A stretch of 63,943 nt of DNA, counting the filler, from Reticulomyxa filosa (taxonomy: Eukaryota; Protista; Foraminifera), in assembly GCA_000512085.1 (NCBI GenBank). It is 21 parts of 21 records of this genome, joined end to end, with 100 filler letters (N's around TTAATTAATTAA, not from the genome) between each part and the next. Parts side by side here need not be neighbours in the genome. Positions count along the whole stretch, not along the records: positions 1 to 1,577 come from ASPP01003122.1; positions 1,678 to 2,826 come from ASPP01033579.1; positions 2,927 to 9,570 come from ASPP01002907.1; positions 9,671 to 17,274 come from ASPP01009987.1; 17 more parts are not named here. One strand, given 5' to 3'. Below the pieces are notes generated by a model. It searched no databases. It was not told the origin of the DNA and worked only from the letters and a program-made list of their open reading frames with translations. How positions within the stretch are numbered: position 1 is the first letter of the stretch; every line of letters begins with the position of its first letter. The position numbers and the translations under genes were made by a program. This document shows, piece by piece, positions 1-12,700 of this stretch.

Positions 1-63
1 AAAAAAAAAAAAAAAAAAAAATCAAATAAATAAAACAAACCCAAATAAAAAAAGTGGAATTTT

Positions 64-929
64 TTGGTAAATGAAATGATGTTATGGTGCGATTATGCTC
101 GAACGCACAATGAAAAAACGTGGCATCCAGAAGGATTTGACTTTGCATTAATGAAATATAAGTACACGCAAGATTTGGACAATGATTTACATTGGGGCGA
201 TGTCATTGCCCACAAATTGACCAAAAATTCAAAAATGAAAAAAGTCAATGAAAAAGATTACATTATGGAAGAGCTACCAACACTTTATCAACAATACTTA
301 CACCAAAGAAATCGTTTGTTTTTCCCAACTTTGGACCAACCACTTCAACCACAAGAATGGAATGAATCACAAGTTTTCTTTTTTAAAATGTCACTCTTTT
401 CTTTTTTTTTAAAAAAAAAAAAAAAAAAAAGTGTCTGTTTCAAACATAACGATCAAACGTGACATAGAAAAATCCATTAAGAAAAGCCAATCCAAGCATT
501 GATGGTGAGGTAAGGATGACCACATATTGCTTGGACAAAACTCCTCAATGGAGCGATGACTTGCGAGTATTAGATGGTAGTGAACACAATGTACCCACTA
601 TTGTCTATGACTACATTGTCACCGATGACAAGGGACTGTTGTATCCAAACATTGGCCATTTGCCTTTGGAGCAACAACTTGATTTAATTGTTGCGAGTGA
701 CTCTTCATATCTAATGAAAGAAATGGCACGGGCTTTAAAAATCGATCCTCAGATCGTTGAAGAAAGAGTGCAAAAACAAAAAGTCCTCGCTGCTCTGCAT
801 AGTGCACGTCGCAAGAGGGCGCTTCAAGAAAAGCTGAAAAAGATGGAACATGCTCAACAAATGGAGAGCACTTGGAAAAAAAAAAAATTTTTCAAATTCA
901 GCAGAACACTCCAACTGACAAAATTTTGA
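64..929 (+). CDS. Hypothetical protein, two exons, probably 5'-partial
   Basis: A phase-0 intron at 373-467 (GTTTT...CATAG) joins ORF 64 to ORF 516 in frame (WNESQ|KNPLRKANPS...MTTY). No recognisable domain. Confidence 0.7.
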
Positions 930-1577
930 ATTTCTTATTTTATTTTACTCTTTGTACCAAATTTTTGATTATTTGACAGTAATATCAAACTGCATCAGAA
1001 AACAAATTTCGGTGGTCTATTATTTTTTTCACAAAAAATGTAACTTCTGCGAATAGCTCATTGCCGAAGATATGTTCTTCTTTATGATGACTTATAAATG
1101 AGAAACTCGCGATTGACTTATCGATCCATTTTCGCTCGTTGTAAAAAAGAAATTTTGCAAGCTATCTTTTTTTTAGAGATTCAACGTGCACATAAGAGAA
1201 CCAAGTAGCCAGCCTTATCCAAATAGGACAGTGCATTTTTTAAAATAAGAAACAATTTGCCAACACAACAGCAGCACACACATTTTGGCGGGCTTGCTCT
1301 TGATTCCAAAGTCCAAGACATATCTTTGGACCATTTTCGAAAAAATCACACTGCTTAGTGCCACTGGTGAAATGGCCGCCAAACTGCGAGCAATGTGCGA
1401 TGAAGAGTCCTTCGACGACGCCAACAAAACCGAAGAATAAAGATACAAGAGTTTAAAGAGTCAACTTTTGCAAGAGTTGCAATTAATGCAATGTTATATA
1501 TGCATATATACAGTAGGTTGCAAAGAAAACTGAACGCCTAAAACATATCTTATGATGATAATTGATTTTATCAATGA

Positions 1578-1677
1578 NNNNNNNNNNNNNNNNNNNNNNN
1601 NNNNNNNNNNNNNNNNNNNNNTTAATTAATTAANNNNNNNNNNNNNNNNNNNNNNNNNNNNNNNNNNNNNNNNNNNN
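1578..1677. other. Artificial contig-join linker N44-TTAATTAATTAA-N44 (first of 20)
   Basis: Identical 100-bp spacer with stops in all frames, starting at 1578, 2827, 9571, 17275, 18397, 20413, 21929, 24382, 32478, 34098, 35442, 37021, 41827, 49272, 50674, 51795, 53393, 55472, 56572 and 60816. Confidence 0.98.
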
Positions 1678-2926
1678 TGTAGATCGTTTTCCAGATATCA
1701 ATTAATGAATTTGTGGAGCCAATCCCAAATTATTTATTTTCTGAAAATTACTAAATACAATTGCGTTTAATTCTTTTCCAGAAAACTGATAATTTTGCTT
1801 GACGACACAATAAATTGGAATCAACATTAATAAATCGATTGTCGTGTTCGATATTTAATTGTTCGTAGCACATACGATTTAAATAGGATGTAATTTGAGT
1901 AGCAAGAGCTCAGGTAGCTCATAAATAGCGCCAATACCATCAACTATCAACAATACTACATATTACATGCTGACTCTGCACTGGGCATGTTATTAATACT
2001 TTCTAAAGCTTTCACTTGGACATCTATGTATGTATATGTATGTACACATATACAGAGATAACACACCAATTGAAGATGATTAAAGAAAAAACTACTTTTT
2101 CCAAATTGAATCAACCAATCGATCTTTTTCTGTTTTTGATGGGGATATTTGAGCACGTCGGATTTGGTCAAATAGACAGGTATTGATTGATCGCGCTCGT
2201 ATTTACAATTACAGGACTGTTCATTTATTGACGAGACTGGTGATCCTTGAGAACGCAGGCATTACTACAACGACAAGATGTGGAGTTGATAGTTTGTGCA
2301 ATGCGAAAAGAATGAAATTTATTTTCTTGACTCGAATATCGCCTTGGAAAATATCACTAATTTGTATTGATGATTGGATATTGTACTCCCGATATTGTAG
2401 ACGAGCAAATCTTATTTTTTAATCCAATATCTCCATGTTTCTTTCGCATTGACATCATTATCTGTTTATCATGGGAGGCAATAGATTATGTATTACTTTC
2501 TGATATCTTGCACGTAGTATTTGTAACTCCTGCATTCTATTAAGGCAGCACCAATTGTGTCTTGGAAATGTTTCCATATATCGATTGTTCTTTTTCCTCT
2601 TCGTTGGTTTGCTCTTCTTCTGCTTTTCCCTCTTTCCGTTTGTTTCATCCCATCTGTACAATGAAAAGGTTCAGTATGCTTCAAATTTTTTAAAACGAAC
2701 ACACATAAAGAAAGTAATATATAGCTTAACTTGTTGTTATCCTCACACAGGATAATCATTTTTTTTTAATATTATATTATAATTTTTTCTTTCTATTCTT
2801 TTTTTTTCACATTCATTTTATTATTTNNNNNNNNNNNNNNNNNNNNNNNNNNNNNNNNNNNNNNNNNNNNTTAATTAATTAANNNNNNNNNNNNNNNNNN
2901 NNNNNNNNNNNNNNNNNNNNNNNNNN

Positions 2927-3571
2927 CGTGTGGGATTGCTTCGAGCACTTTGGTGCGACAAGATGTCTGTCTCTAGAAGCCATCTTTCAGTCATTAGCGA
3001 TTCTGGTCCACAACGTCACGTCGATTTGCATGTCTTATTGGGGGATCCAAATTTGTTTGACCTATTCATGGAACATGTGTTTTCAGGTAAAATAAATTGT
3101 GTATGTTGTATCTTTAAAAAAAAATGTAAACTAAAAAAAAAAAAAGAATTTTCATCAGAGAATTTATTATGCTATTTGGAATTATGCCAATATCGCCAAG
3201 AAATAAAGAAACAATGCGAAAGAGAGAATATAACAATAGACGATGCACATCCAAACAAATTTATTTTAAGTGAAGTACTGCCGAAATCTAAAATAGTTTT
3301 TAATTCAGAAACATCTACAAAAGATAAAATAATGGCTTTGATTCACAAATACATAAAAACGAGCGCTACTTATGAAATTAATATATCCTATCAAGCAAGA
3401 AATGAAATGATTGCTATCCTTAGAAATCCATCGTTCTTTCTTCAATTTTCACCATCTTTATATCCTTTTATTTTTGACCCTGTTTTGAAAGAATTATTAT
3501 CATTAATGAGAGATAGCTTCTCCAGGTTTTCTAAGACTGTCGCCTTTCAAAAATTTATGACAAATGCATAG
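2927..3571 (+). CDS. RGS-domain protein (5'-partial)
   Basis: RGS motifs LFMEHVFS-EFSSENLLCYLE, KYIKTSATYEINIS and LMRDSFSRF. An in-frame 60-nt intron at 3087-3146 explains the KKKCKLKKKK insert. Confidence 0.9.
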   Translation, partial: RVGLLRALWCDKMSVSRSHLSVISDSGPQRHVDLHVLLGDPNLFDLFMEHVFSGKINCVCCIFKKKCKLKKKKEFSSENLLCYLELCQYRQEIKKQCERENITIDDAHPNKFILSEVLPKSKIVFNSETSTKDKIMALIHKYIKTSATYEINISYQARNEMIAILRNPSFFLQFSPSLYPFIFDPVLKELLSLMRDSFSRFSKTVAFQKFMTNA

Positions 3572-3869
3572 CCTTAAATTTTTGTATTTTTTTTAACGAG
3601 GAATATGTATTTTGTGCAGAGTTTACACTTGTTTTTTATCAAGTTCTTTAACAAGGGATCTCCTCTTTAACTACTGTGGTGGTCCTATTTTCATTGATGT
3701 AAACAATATCGAATATTCTTTGATATAACAAGCTTCAATTTGTTTCACCCGCCAAAATCAATCAATTCAAAAATATTTAAAAAAAGAAATGTCCCAAAAA
3801 ATGTAAGAAAACAATTTGAAATGAAAAAAACAACAATAAAATTAAAAAAAAAGAAAAAAAGCAACTGAA

Positions 3870-5850
3870 ATTTTTTTTCTTCCAGTTTTTATCAACAAAG
3901 AGACATCCATCTCTTTCATCCAACCCTTCATCCCATTCCTTTCTTTGATATGACGTTCCTTGTCCCCCGCACTTTTTTCCAATTTGGATTCCTCGTCCTT
4001 TTTGTTGCATTCTTTCATAAATTGCAGTAAATTTTACACGAAAGCGACACACTGTAATGTACCACTTTCCGTTTTATCTACAAATTACTGCTTCATTTCC
4101 ACCAAAAAGATGACTCCTCTTCAAACGAACAATTTTTCATCTCTTTGTCTCCCATGTCCCAATCTACATTATTGCTGTCGAAGTTTTGTTCATCAATTTG
4201 CTGTTGCAACAGCCGCAATTGTTCACGCAATGCTTCAATTGTAGCATCTTTCATTTGACACTCCCATTCCAGTGATTCCTTCGGCCCATGATCCTCATAA
4301 ACAACATGGATAGCCTTGACCGAAGTCGGTCTTGGTATTTCCTGTATAATTTTTTTGTAATATGATAAATTAGTTCCATAGTATTAAAAAAAATATAATA
4401 TTGCGTACATACGCTAAAAAATAGCAAAAACATAAAAAACTTGAAAAATCTTAACAGTTCGATGCCTGTCACAAACTTCACATTTCAAAGGTTGTTTAAG
4501 CGCGTTGTTGATACACTTCTGGCAGGACAACCGAATCGACTTTTTAGAAAAAATTATATTAAATGTACTTTTTTTTCACGTGCCCCCTTTTTTTTTCCTT
4601 CCCCTCTCCTCTAAAAAATACAATGTCTACGTCCTAATACTCACCCCTTATACGTAGGCGGTACATGGGAATAAAAGGATTACATTTACGTGTATGTAGT
4701 ATAATTAATCTAGGAGAGTGAGAAAAAAAAGAATAAAGCATACACGGCAAATGTCAACAAATTCTTCCTTGTTTGTCGGTTTCTCATAACTAAGACCGAC
4801 CGAACGTGAGCAGTTTTGTATGAGTTCCCACAAATGGTTCGTAAACACATGTTTTTTCGTGAAATACGCACGGAAGATCAGAAACTCTTCTTTATTTTGG
4901 CCGGTTGGACCCGAGTTTGGACTGTACGTGCCCTCCAATAATCGTTCCAGTCTCTGAATATATCGAGAATATTATAGTTTATGAAACAACCCATATTCAA
5001 AACATTATCCTCAGATATAGTGATAAAAACATTTGTTATCACTGAACAAATAAAAAAAACAACTTACGCACACATACTACTCCTTTCTTAAAATGTTTTT
5101 CCATTTGTTTTTTTAATTTATATAACTGCAGAGAGTACCCAAGAGGTTAAATATTCTCTTAGGCTTCCCAACAATGGATCCGTGATTTCAATGGCTATTG
5201 CATTCTATTCAAAGTTTCAATTCAATTGGATTTTTTTTTAATGTTGTTTTTTTATTATTATTATTTTTTTTTGACGTAAAAAAAAAAAAAAAAAATTTAA
5301 GAACCAAAAACAAAAACAGTATTTTTTAGAAATTCTAAAACTCTTTTTAACTTTTGCCAAACGTGTCAATTGATTAAACAAATAGTGATGAGCATAATAA
5401 TCTGGCTTGCAGTCTTTAATTTCTTTTCCATGCGTTTGGCAATAATTGCACAATTTTTTTACAAGTTCCATTTCTGCTGCATCATCATCCATTTCGTCAT
5501 CAAAACGAATTTTAATTGGATTGCTCGGATCATGCAACATCATTCCAAGTATTGACTCGGTGTCCCTATCAGCCTTTATTTTTTAATAAAGGGGTAAAAC
5601 ATAAAAAACTCTGTTCTCTTTTTTTTTACGTCCTCTATAAATATGATCGTCGTAACTTTAACAACTGCATTTTTGAATCCTCTGACATAAGCTTTTGCCA
5701 AGCGTGTTTCACGCTTTTCAATGGTATTATTGTCCTCAATTCCTAGATGACTGAATAACAAACGCAGGACAGCTGTCTTTTTGCTCTTTGACGGAACATG
5801 CAGTCCTTTTTCTCTTGCGAGTCTTACTAGTTGTGGCAGGGTAGAGCCTT
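3870..5850 (-). CDS. Multi-exon hypothetical protein with N-terminal HeH/Rho_N-like motif and CxxC-x10-CxxC motif (boundaries approximate)
   Basis: ORFs at 5576, 5238 and 4705 plus short exons are separated by T/A-rich GT-AG segments. STLPQLVRLAREKGLHVPSKSKKTAVLRLL at about 5756-5846; CQKCINNALKQPLKCEVC at about 4470-4525. Confidence 0.55.
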
Positions 5851-6528
5851 TAAGATTGTTTTGTTAAGAGGTGTGCTTAACATTACTTTCTATATATTTG
5901 GAATTTTCGCTAAGAAAATAACAATAAAACTCGGCCAAAAAAACAAACAACTAAATTGCTTTTTTGTTTTTTAGTCCCTTGCTGTTGCTTAATTTTTACG
6001 TTCAGTTTTGGTAAAAAAACTTTAACACTTTGCATGCGAGGGATTATTGTTGTGGCTAACTCCAACTTTTTTCTCTTTAAATTTAATCAAACATTAAAAT
6101 ATCTTCGTTTGTACTGCTATGTTAAGTTTTTTTTAGAACTGACAAAAGATAATTTTTTATGGATGAATCTACATAAATAGAGTGTTAAAAAAAAATTAAC
6201 AAATTGTGAAACCATATCTGAAAAGGTAATTCAAAATGTTTGAATCTTTCCACGATTACAAAACTTTCATTTCATATGAAGCGTAGCTTTTTTTGAACAA
6301 ATGCTCGCAATATTGGTTTTGTTATTTGATAAACAGTTCGAGCATGGGATGTTATTGATAAGCGTTTTGCTTTTCTTTGTAAAGAAAAACTGAAGAGTGC
6401 ATGTTTCATCTTCTTCATTAGTACTCCTTTTGCACTTATTATATTGGAATATTATACCTTGTATCAACGGGAGAGGTAGTAAACATTGTATTTGGATACA
6501 AAAATCAACAAAGCAAAAAATAAAGAAG

Positions 6529-7970
6529 TTAATATTCCCCACTTTCATCAGTATTATCACTAAAGTAATCATCAGTTGGTTGTTCAAGTAAAACATCCAA
6601 ATAATCTTTTTCCAAAAATCCTAAATCTTCACGAGCTTCAATAAATTCTGCCTCTTCCAATCCTTCCCGAACGTACCAATGAACAAAAGCTTGTTGTGAA
6701 TACATATAATCAAATTTCTGTATAATTCGTTTGGTGAACAAGCGAGAAATACCAGTGTTATTGCCAATCATAACCGCGTTTTTGCAAAACGTGCCAATAT
6801 CATCTGCTTCCAAACAAGCCGGTGCTAGCTCATTTAAACCAATTTTGAACCCAGTTGGACACCACTCCACCAGATACAATTTTTGATTTGATTTAAGCCA
6901 GCCAACAGTAGCACCTGCTTCTTTGGATGTGACATCTCCACGATAATTTAAACTAATAGCCATGTATTTATCTTCTGAAGGATCAAATTCAGTATATTGC
7001 ACCAGCCAATATGAAGGTTTGAAACAATCGTCTGTAATTTTTTGTACATCATTTGGAGCATTGCGCATGTCCATTTTGGGGAAAATTGGACTCATTCCCG
7101 TTACCATAAAATGCAATCTCGGAAAGGGAACCAAGTTCGTTTGCAATTCATTCAAATCAACATTTAGTTCCCCATTGAATCTAAAGGGTGAGGTCATCGA
7201 GGATATCACTTTTGAAATCAATCGGTTCAAATTACCTACATCTGGCTTTTTAATACGTAGTTTGTTTTGACAAAGACCATAGATAGCTTCATTATCCAAT
7301 ACCAATGACAATTCTGTGTGGTCCAATAACCAATGAGTTGCCAACAATGCATTATAAGGTTCAACCACACAAGTGGACAAAGTTGGTGATGGATATATTT
7401 CAAAACCTATTTTTTGCTTTTTCCTGTAATTTACTGCAAGTTGTCCCAACAACAGTGATCCGAAACCAGAACCAGTCCCTCCTCCAACACTATGCGCAAT
7501 CATAAATCCCATCGCATTGTCGCAATTGTCCATCAATTTTCGTAAACTGTCACTCACTTTGTCAATCATTTGTCTCCCAATTGTATAGTGCCCTCGCGCA
7601 AAGTTGTTTGCTGCATCTTCTTTTCCAGATAATAAGAAGGCAGGATTAAACAATGCTGCAGATGGCCCACTTGCTACTTCATCAATTACATTTGGTTCTA
7701 GGTCTACCTTTAATTTTTTGTTTTTGTACTGCATGGACTAACGAATATGTGTATATTGTCTCAAGTCAATAATTCTTTAACTGCTAGATTTCGTGTTACA
7801 AATTGACCACTCTGCATTTCTTCAAAAAACACATTGAACCCATCATTTTTGACTGTATTCATTCGTTTGCCTGCGTCATTAATACTGTGTTCTGCGCTAT
7901 ATTGCTCCCATATTGCGTTCCCAAGTTGAATACCCGCTTGACCAATTTCTATTGTTATTATTTCCCGCAT
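6529..7970 (-). CDS. TUBA: Divergent alpha-tubulin (455 aa; exons 7970-7782 and 7707-6529)
   Basis: MREIIT start, GKEDAANNFARGHYTIG, GGGTGSG, VVEPYN, EWCPTGFKIG, AFVHWY, acidic tail ending GEY. A 74-nt phase-0 intron lies at 7781-7708. Confidence 0.95.
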
Positions 7971-9149
7971 TTTTTCAATAAAAACTAACACAAAAATAAT
8001 TATGAGCAATTAATATTCAAACACAAGAGTTTTTTATTTTTGGTTTGCAAATCAGACACAATAACTAACTCTGAGTCATGTTAACAAGCAATTATATAAA
8101 AGAATGTTTACAAAAAAATATACAAAGTTCAATATATTTACAAACATGTTAATAATCACAGTAATAATATCAATTTGATAAACGAATAAAAATACTTTTT
8201 CCCAATAAAACTCAGATAACTCACACATTGTCACGAACAGGTAACTTAGAATTTATTTCTAAGTTTACTCTTAGAACAATATGTTTTTTTTACTTTTTGA
8301 AAAAAAAAAGCTCAGCATTCCGGGAATATGTAAAATCTTCATATTTTCCGCCATATACTATAAAACCTTGACTGTTCTGGCTTCATTGTGAGCTAACACT
8401 AGCTAAAACTATTCTTTTTTATTTTGTTTATTTATTTGTTTTTAATTTGACAATGTGTAACAAACGCGTCTTATGTGGTCAAATGAAATTTATCATCAGC
8501 ACAATGCTATTTTGCAATATAATGATTCAAGATATTATTTATTGACGACAAATCGCCGTTTAGACTTACAGAATTGATTGAATGTGATCTCGGGTAGTGT
8601 AAGCAATGATGCGCTTATGGAAGTTGTTGTACTTGTGACACAACATAATATTGTTTATTGTCACTACAACAGTAAATATATTATTTGATTATATTATCTT
8701 TGTATTCGTGTAAGCTTAAACAAACACAAACTATATGACAGTTGACGTATAGATTAGCGACTGCTTATATGAAAATGAAAATAATGTTGTATAATATCAA
8801 TACTGAACTCATTATTAGCACAATATTATAGTCGACATTAATACTAACTTAAAGAAAGACTGCCAATATGTAAATGGCGCCAACAAATACAATACGCAAT
8901 CTGACTGCTGCACCAACCAAACTTCAGACGTTAAGTACTATTGATCGGACGAACTGTATGATTGATTATATGACCTTTGACGTTGTGTAAATCATATCAT
9001 CAGCTCAAGATAGAACTCATGATCCAATAAACTTTTTTCGTTTTCGAGCAAAAATTCTTGATAAATATCTTTTTTTTTCGATCTTATTTTATTTCATTTT
9101 TGGATAAAGTGATTAAGATAATAAAAAGCAGATTATCAATAACTAATTT

Positions 9150-9480
9150 GTCTACATTATTATTACAATAAAATCTTTAAAAAAATCATTGCATATAGTA
9201 ATTCAGAAATCTTTTTGAAAGTTTTTCTAATGGTTAAACAAAAAAATGAAAACAATGAATTTCCTGCAAATTCACCTGGTTTAAATCCAATTGAAAATAT
9301 TTGATGGATATTAAATCAAGGTTTCACAAAAATGACCATTTAATACCACTGACGAAATTTGGAACCAATTCGAAACAAAATGTGAAAAATGAAAACAAAA
9401 TTTGTAAAACCTTAATAAAGTCGATTACAAAGAAAATACAGGCATTAAAAAAGCCAAAAAAGATTCAACACGTTGTTAAA
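9150..9480 (+). mobile_element. Decayed Tc1/mariner transposase C-terminal fragment
   Basis: 9260-9307 reads FPANSPGLNPIENI*W, matching the SPDLNPIE catalytic-Glu motif. Downstream ICKTLIKSITKKIQAL... resembles the Tc1 C-terminus. Stops and frameshifts present. Confidence 0.75.
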
Positions 9481-9710
9481 CTTAAATTAAATTTTAAAAA
9501 CAAATCTTATCATACTCAGGCACTACAAAAAATTTTTTTAAAATGAAAGATTAAAATTTTGGAAAAAATTNNNNNNNNNNNNNNNNNNNNNNNNNNNNNN
9601 NNNNNNNNNNNNNNTTAATTAATTAANNNNNNNNNNNNNNNNNNNNNNNNNNNNNNNNNNNNNNNNNNNNATATATATGTATATATACATATATATATGT
9701 AATGAAACAA

Positions 9711-12700
9711 ATGAAAGTTGAATACTGCAATAACCATATTGGCATTGACGCTTCCTGGAACGAAATGGGTGAAAAGTACCTTTCGTGTTATTCGCATCAC
9801 TCGGCCAATGTATTTGTTTTTTAAATCGAAAGACTTGCAGAATTTGACGCAGAATATCTTGCATGGGTTGGTTGCTTTGATCGAAGTTGCGTTGCTCATT
9901 TTAGTTGTTTTGATGATGTTCGGCTTGGTTGGATACTATCTCTTCTGGCAAAAGTTTGTCGTTTTATCCATGCTTTGCAATTGTATTCCATACTCATTAC
10001 GAACAAATCCACATACCTATTTATCCATATGTGTTACCCCCTTTTTTTTTTTTTTTTTTTTTTTGAGTATACATACATTTATAACCCCCCCCCCCCTCCA
10101 ATGGGAAGTAAGAAAAAGGGGAGAGGAGGTCATTTATGCATCATAATCTGTACATGATCCTTGTGTTTTGGTGATGTACATTTATATGTTTGTGTGTGTG
10201 TTTGTGTATGCAATGCATATTCGACAAAAGTGGGACCCTTGGAGAAAACGAGTTTTTTTCCTCGTTTTTGGAGAGTGTGTACTCGTTGCTAATATTGCAA
10301 TCGACGGTCGATTTTCCAGACATTATGATGGCGTCGTATGACGTCAACCAATACACTGCCATTTTCTTTCTTGTGTATAACGCCGTCGGCATCTATTTTT
10401 TGATGGCTTTGGTTTTGGCTGTCATTTACAGCAATTACAATCGCAACATTCTGCACACCGTCAGAAGTACCAAACGAACAAGAGATAATGCCATGAGAGA
10501 AGCAGTTAAGTAATTATTTATTATTGTTATTATTATTATTATTATTATTATTTATTATTATTACCCCTTTTTGTGTCATTAAGAACAATGCACATATATT
10601 TCTAATACGTATAAATATGTACACATATGCGATAAAATACTTTGGATAAGTTTCGAATGTTTACATTCCACCAACGCTTTTCGCACGACGAAAGGGGCAA
10701 GAAACTCAATCGAAAAGTGATCCACACAACGACAAAAAACGCGGGCAGTGGGAACGAGTCCAAGCGATCGAGCATGGAGACTGGTGGTATTTCATGGGTC
10801 ATTTCGATGACGCAGCTGCAGACGCATCCGAGTTCGACGTGGAGTCGTCCGAGTATAAACCCGTTATCTACTACCACGCATTTCACAAAATCTTGGTGGC
10901 AATGCGGCCGGATTTGGCATCCAAAGTATCCCACGAGTTCGTGCGCTACATGTATTTAGCCATTTGTGACGCTAAAATCTCTACTTATGACGATGGTTTG
11001 TAGACACGCATATGGTATATGTGTACGTATATGTATATATTTGTGCACATTTTTTTAGGATAGTGAGCAAACTTCTTATTTTTTTTAAAAAAAAAAAAAA
11101 AAACTGTATATACATTTTATAAAAAAAAGGGATTGACGAAGAACATTGGTGCGCAAATATTGATTTGTTTTTGGATATGCAAGTGCACAAAGATGTGAGT
11201 CAACAGGGCAAGCTGAGTGTGTTGGAAGCCAAAAATACACTAATGAAAGCGAAAACGACATTTCGGGAATTGATACCCGACGTGAAAGATGGCCAAGAAA
11301 AAGACAAAGACAAAGATAAAGATAAAGACAAAGAAAGCCAAACGAACAAAGTGATAGACAAAAATCTTCCTCGTTTGCTTGTATTAAATAATGTCGGATT
11401 GGACGCCATGCAAATTGCCAACCAAGACACACCGACCACCAATGAGGACGTGGCCAAAGAGACGCAAAGTGACGTGGTGTATCACACGCAGCACGACACG
11501 GAGAGCACCAACAACACCGTGGCGAATAAGCGTTGGCTCGATGAAAGCGAAACCGAATTGCTGAAACTGACCTTTTTGGACGAGGAGTTGCCTGCGTGGT
11601 GCTGTTGCTGTTTCGGACGTGAGACGGAATGTTTGGAATTGAGACACGAAATTGCCGAAAGGTGGTTAAATTTCAGATTGCGGTTAATCGCGTTTTGGGA
11701 ATGGAAAAAAGAATGTTCGTTTTTTTTTTTTTTTTAGAAAAACGAACATTTCACATTTTTTAAATGTTATACACATTTTTTTTTTTTTTTTAAAAAAAAA
11801 AAACATAAATAATAAAACGTCCCCTCCCTTTTGCGAGGATAGATACATTGTGTGGTAATCGCCCTGGCGAAGAACATGAAAGCTCCGTGTGGAATTCGCG
11901 CCGATCGAATGCCCTGCCCGAATCGACGACTGACAATGACCAGCACTCGGAAGGGTATTGTCACTCGTTCGTCTTGTCCACGGACTTGTTGATAAACGTG
12001 CTGGTGATGCTGAGCACATCGCTGGTGATTGTGGAAGTATATCTCCCCAATGATCAATACTTGGAAATACTGTCGCTGCTGTTCGTGTGGATTTTTATTT
12101 TGGAAGTTGTGTGCAAAATCATGGCGTGGGGATGGGATGGGTACTTCCAAGAAGACTTCAATAAACTCGATTGCGTCATTTCCGTCACCACCTTTTTTAT
12201 GGAGGCGTTCCTTGGACGTGCAGGCAAGTATGTCTTGGTATTTCGGCTGATACGGCTGTTGCGACTTATGCGAGCTTTCACAAGATTTCGAGTCATTCTC
12301 AAAACTACCACTGCCGTGGTGTCCTCATTTACCGCGTTGTTTTTATTAGAATTTTGTTTGTCGTATATTCTTGCCATCATTGGAATGGAGGTCAGTACAA
12401 CGTATTTGTTTGCATTATATTATACGTGATAACCCCCCTTTCGTATATACTTATAACTTTTTTTTTTTTTTTTTTTTTTGTAAAAAGTTGTATACGTATT
12501 ATGTGCGTGTGCATGTGTTGTACCAGCTGTTCGAAGGTAAAGTGACTCAAGAAAATGTGAAGATCTCATGCGAAGAGGCCGACGACAAGGATCCATTGAC
12601 AGTCGAGTTTTGGTGCTTCATCTACTCGAGTTATTATTATAATAACAATTTCAACTCTTTGTGGAAAGCCATGGTCGTCATCATGGAAGTTATGGCCGTG

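Noticed and set aside
1678-2826. Gene on contig 2
   Set aside because: Coding-like minus-strand patches exist, but every frame I read is interrupted and no motif is recognisable.
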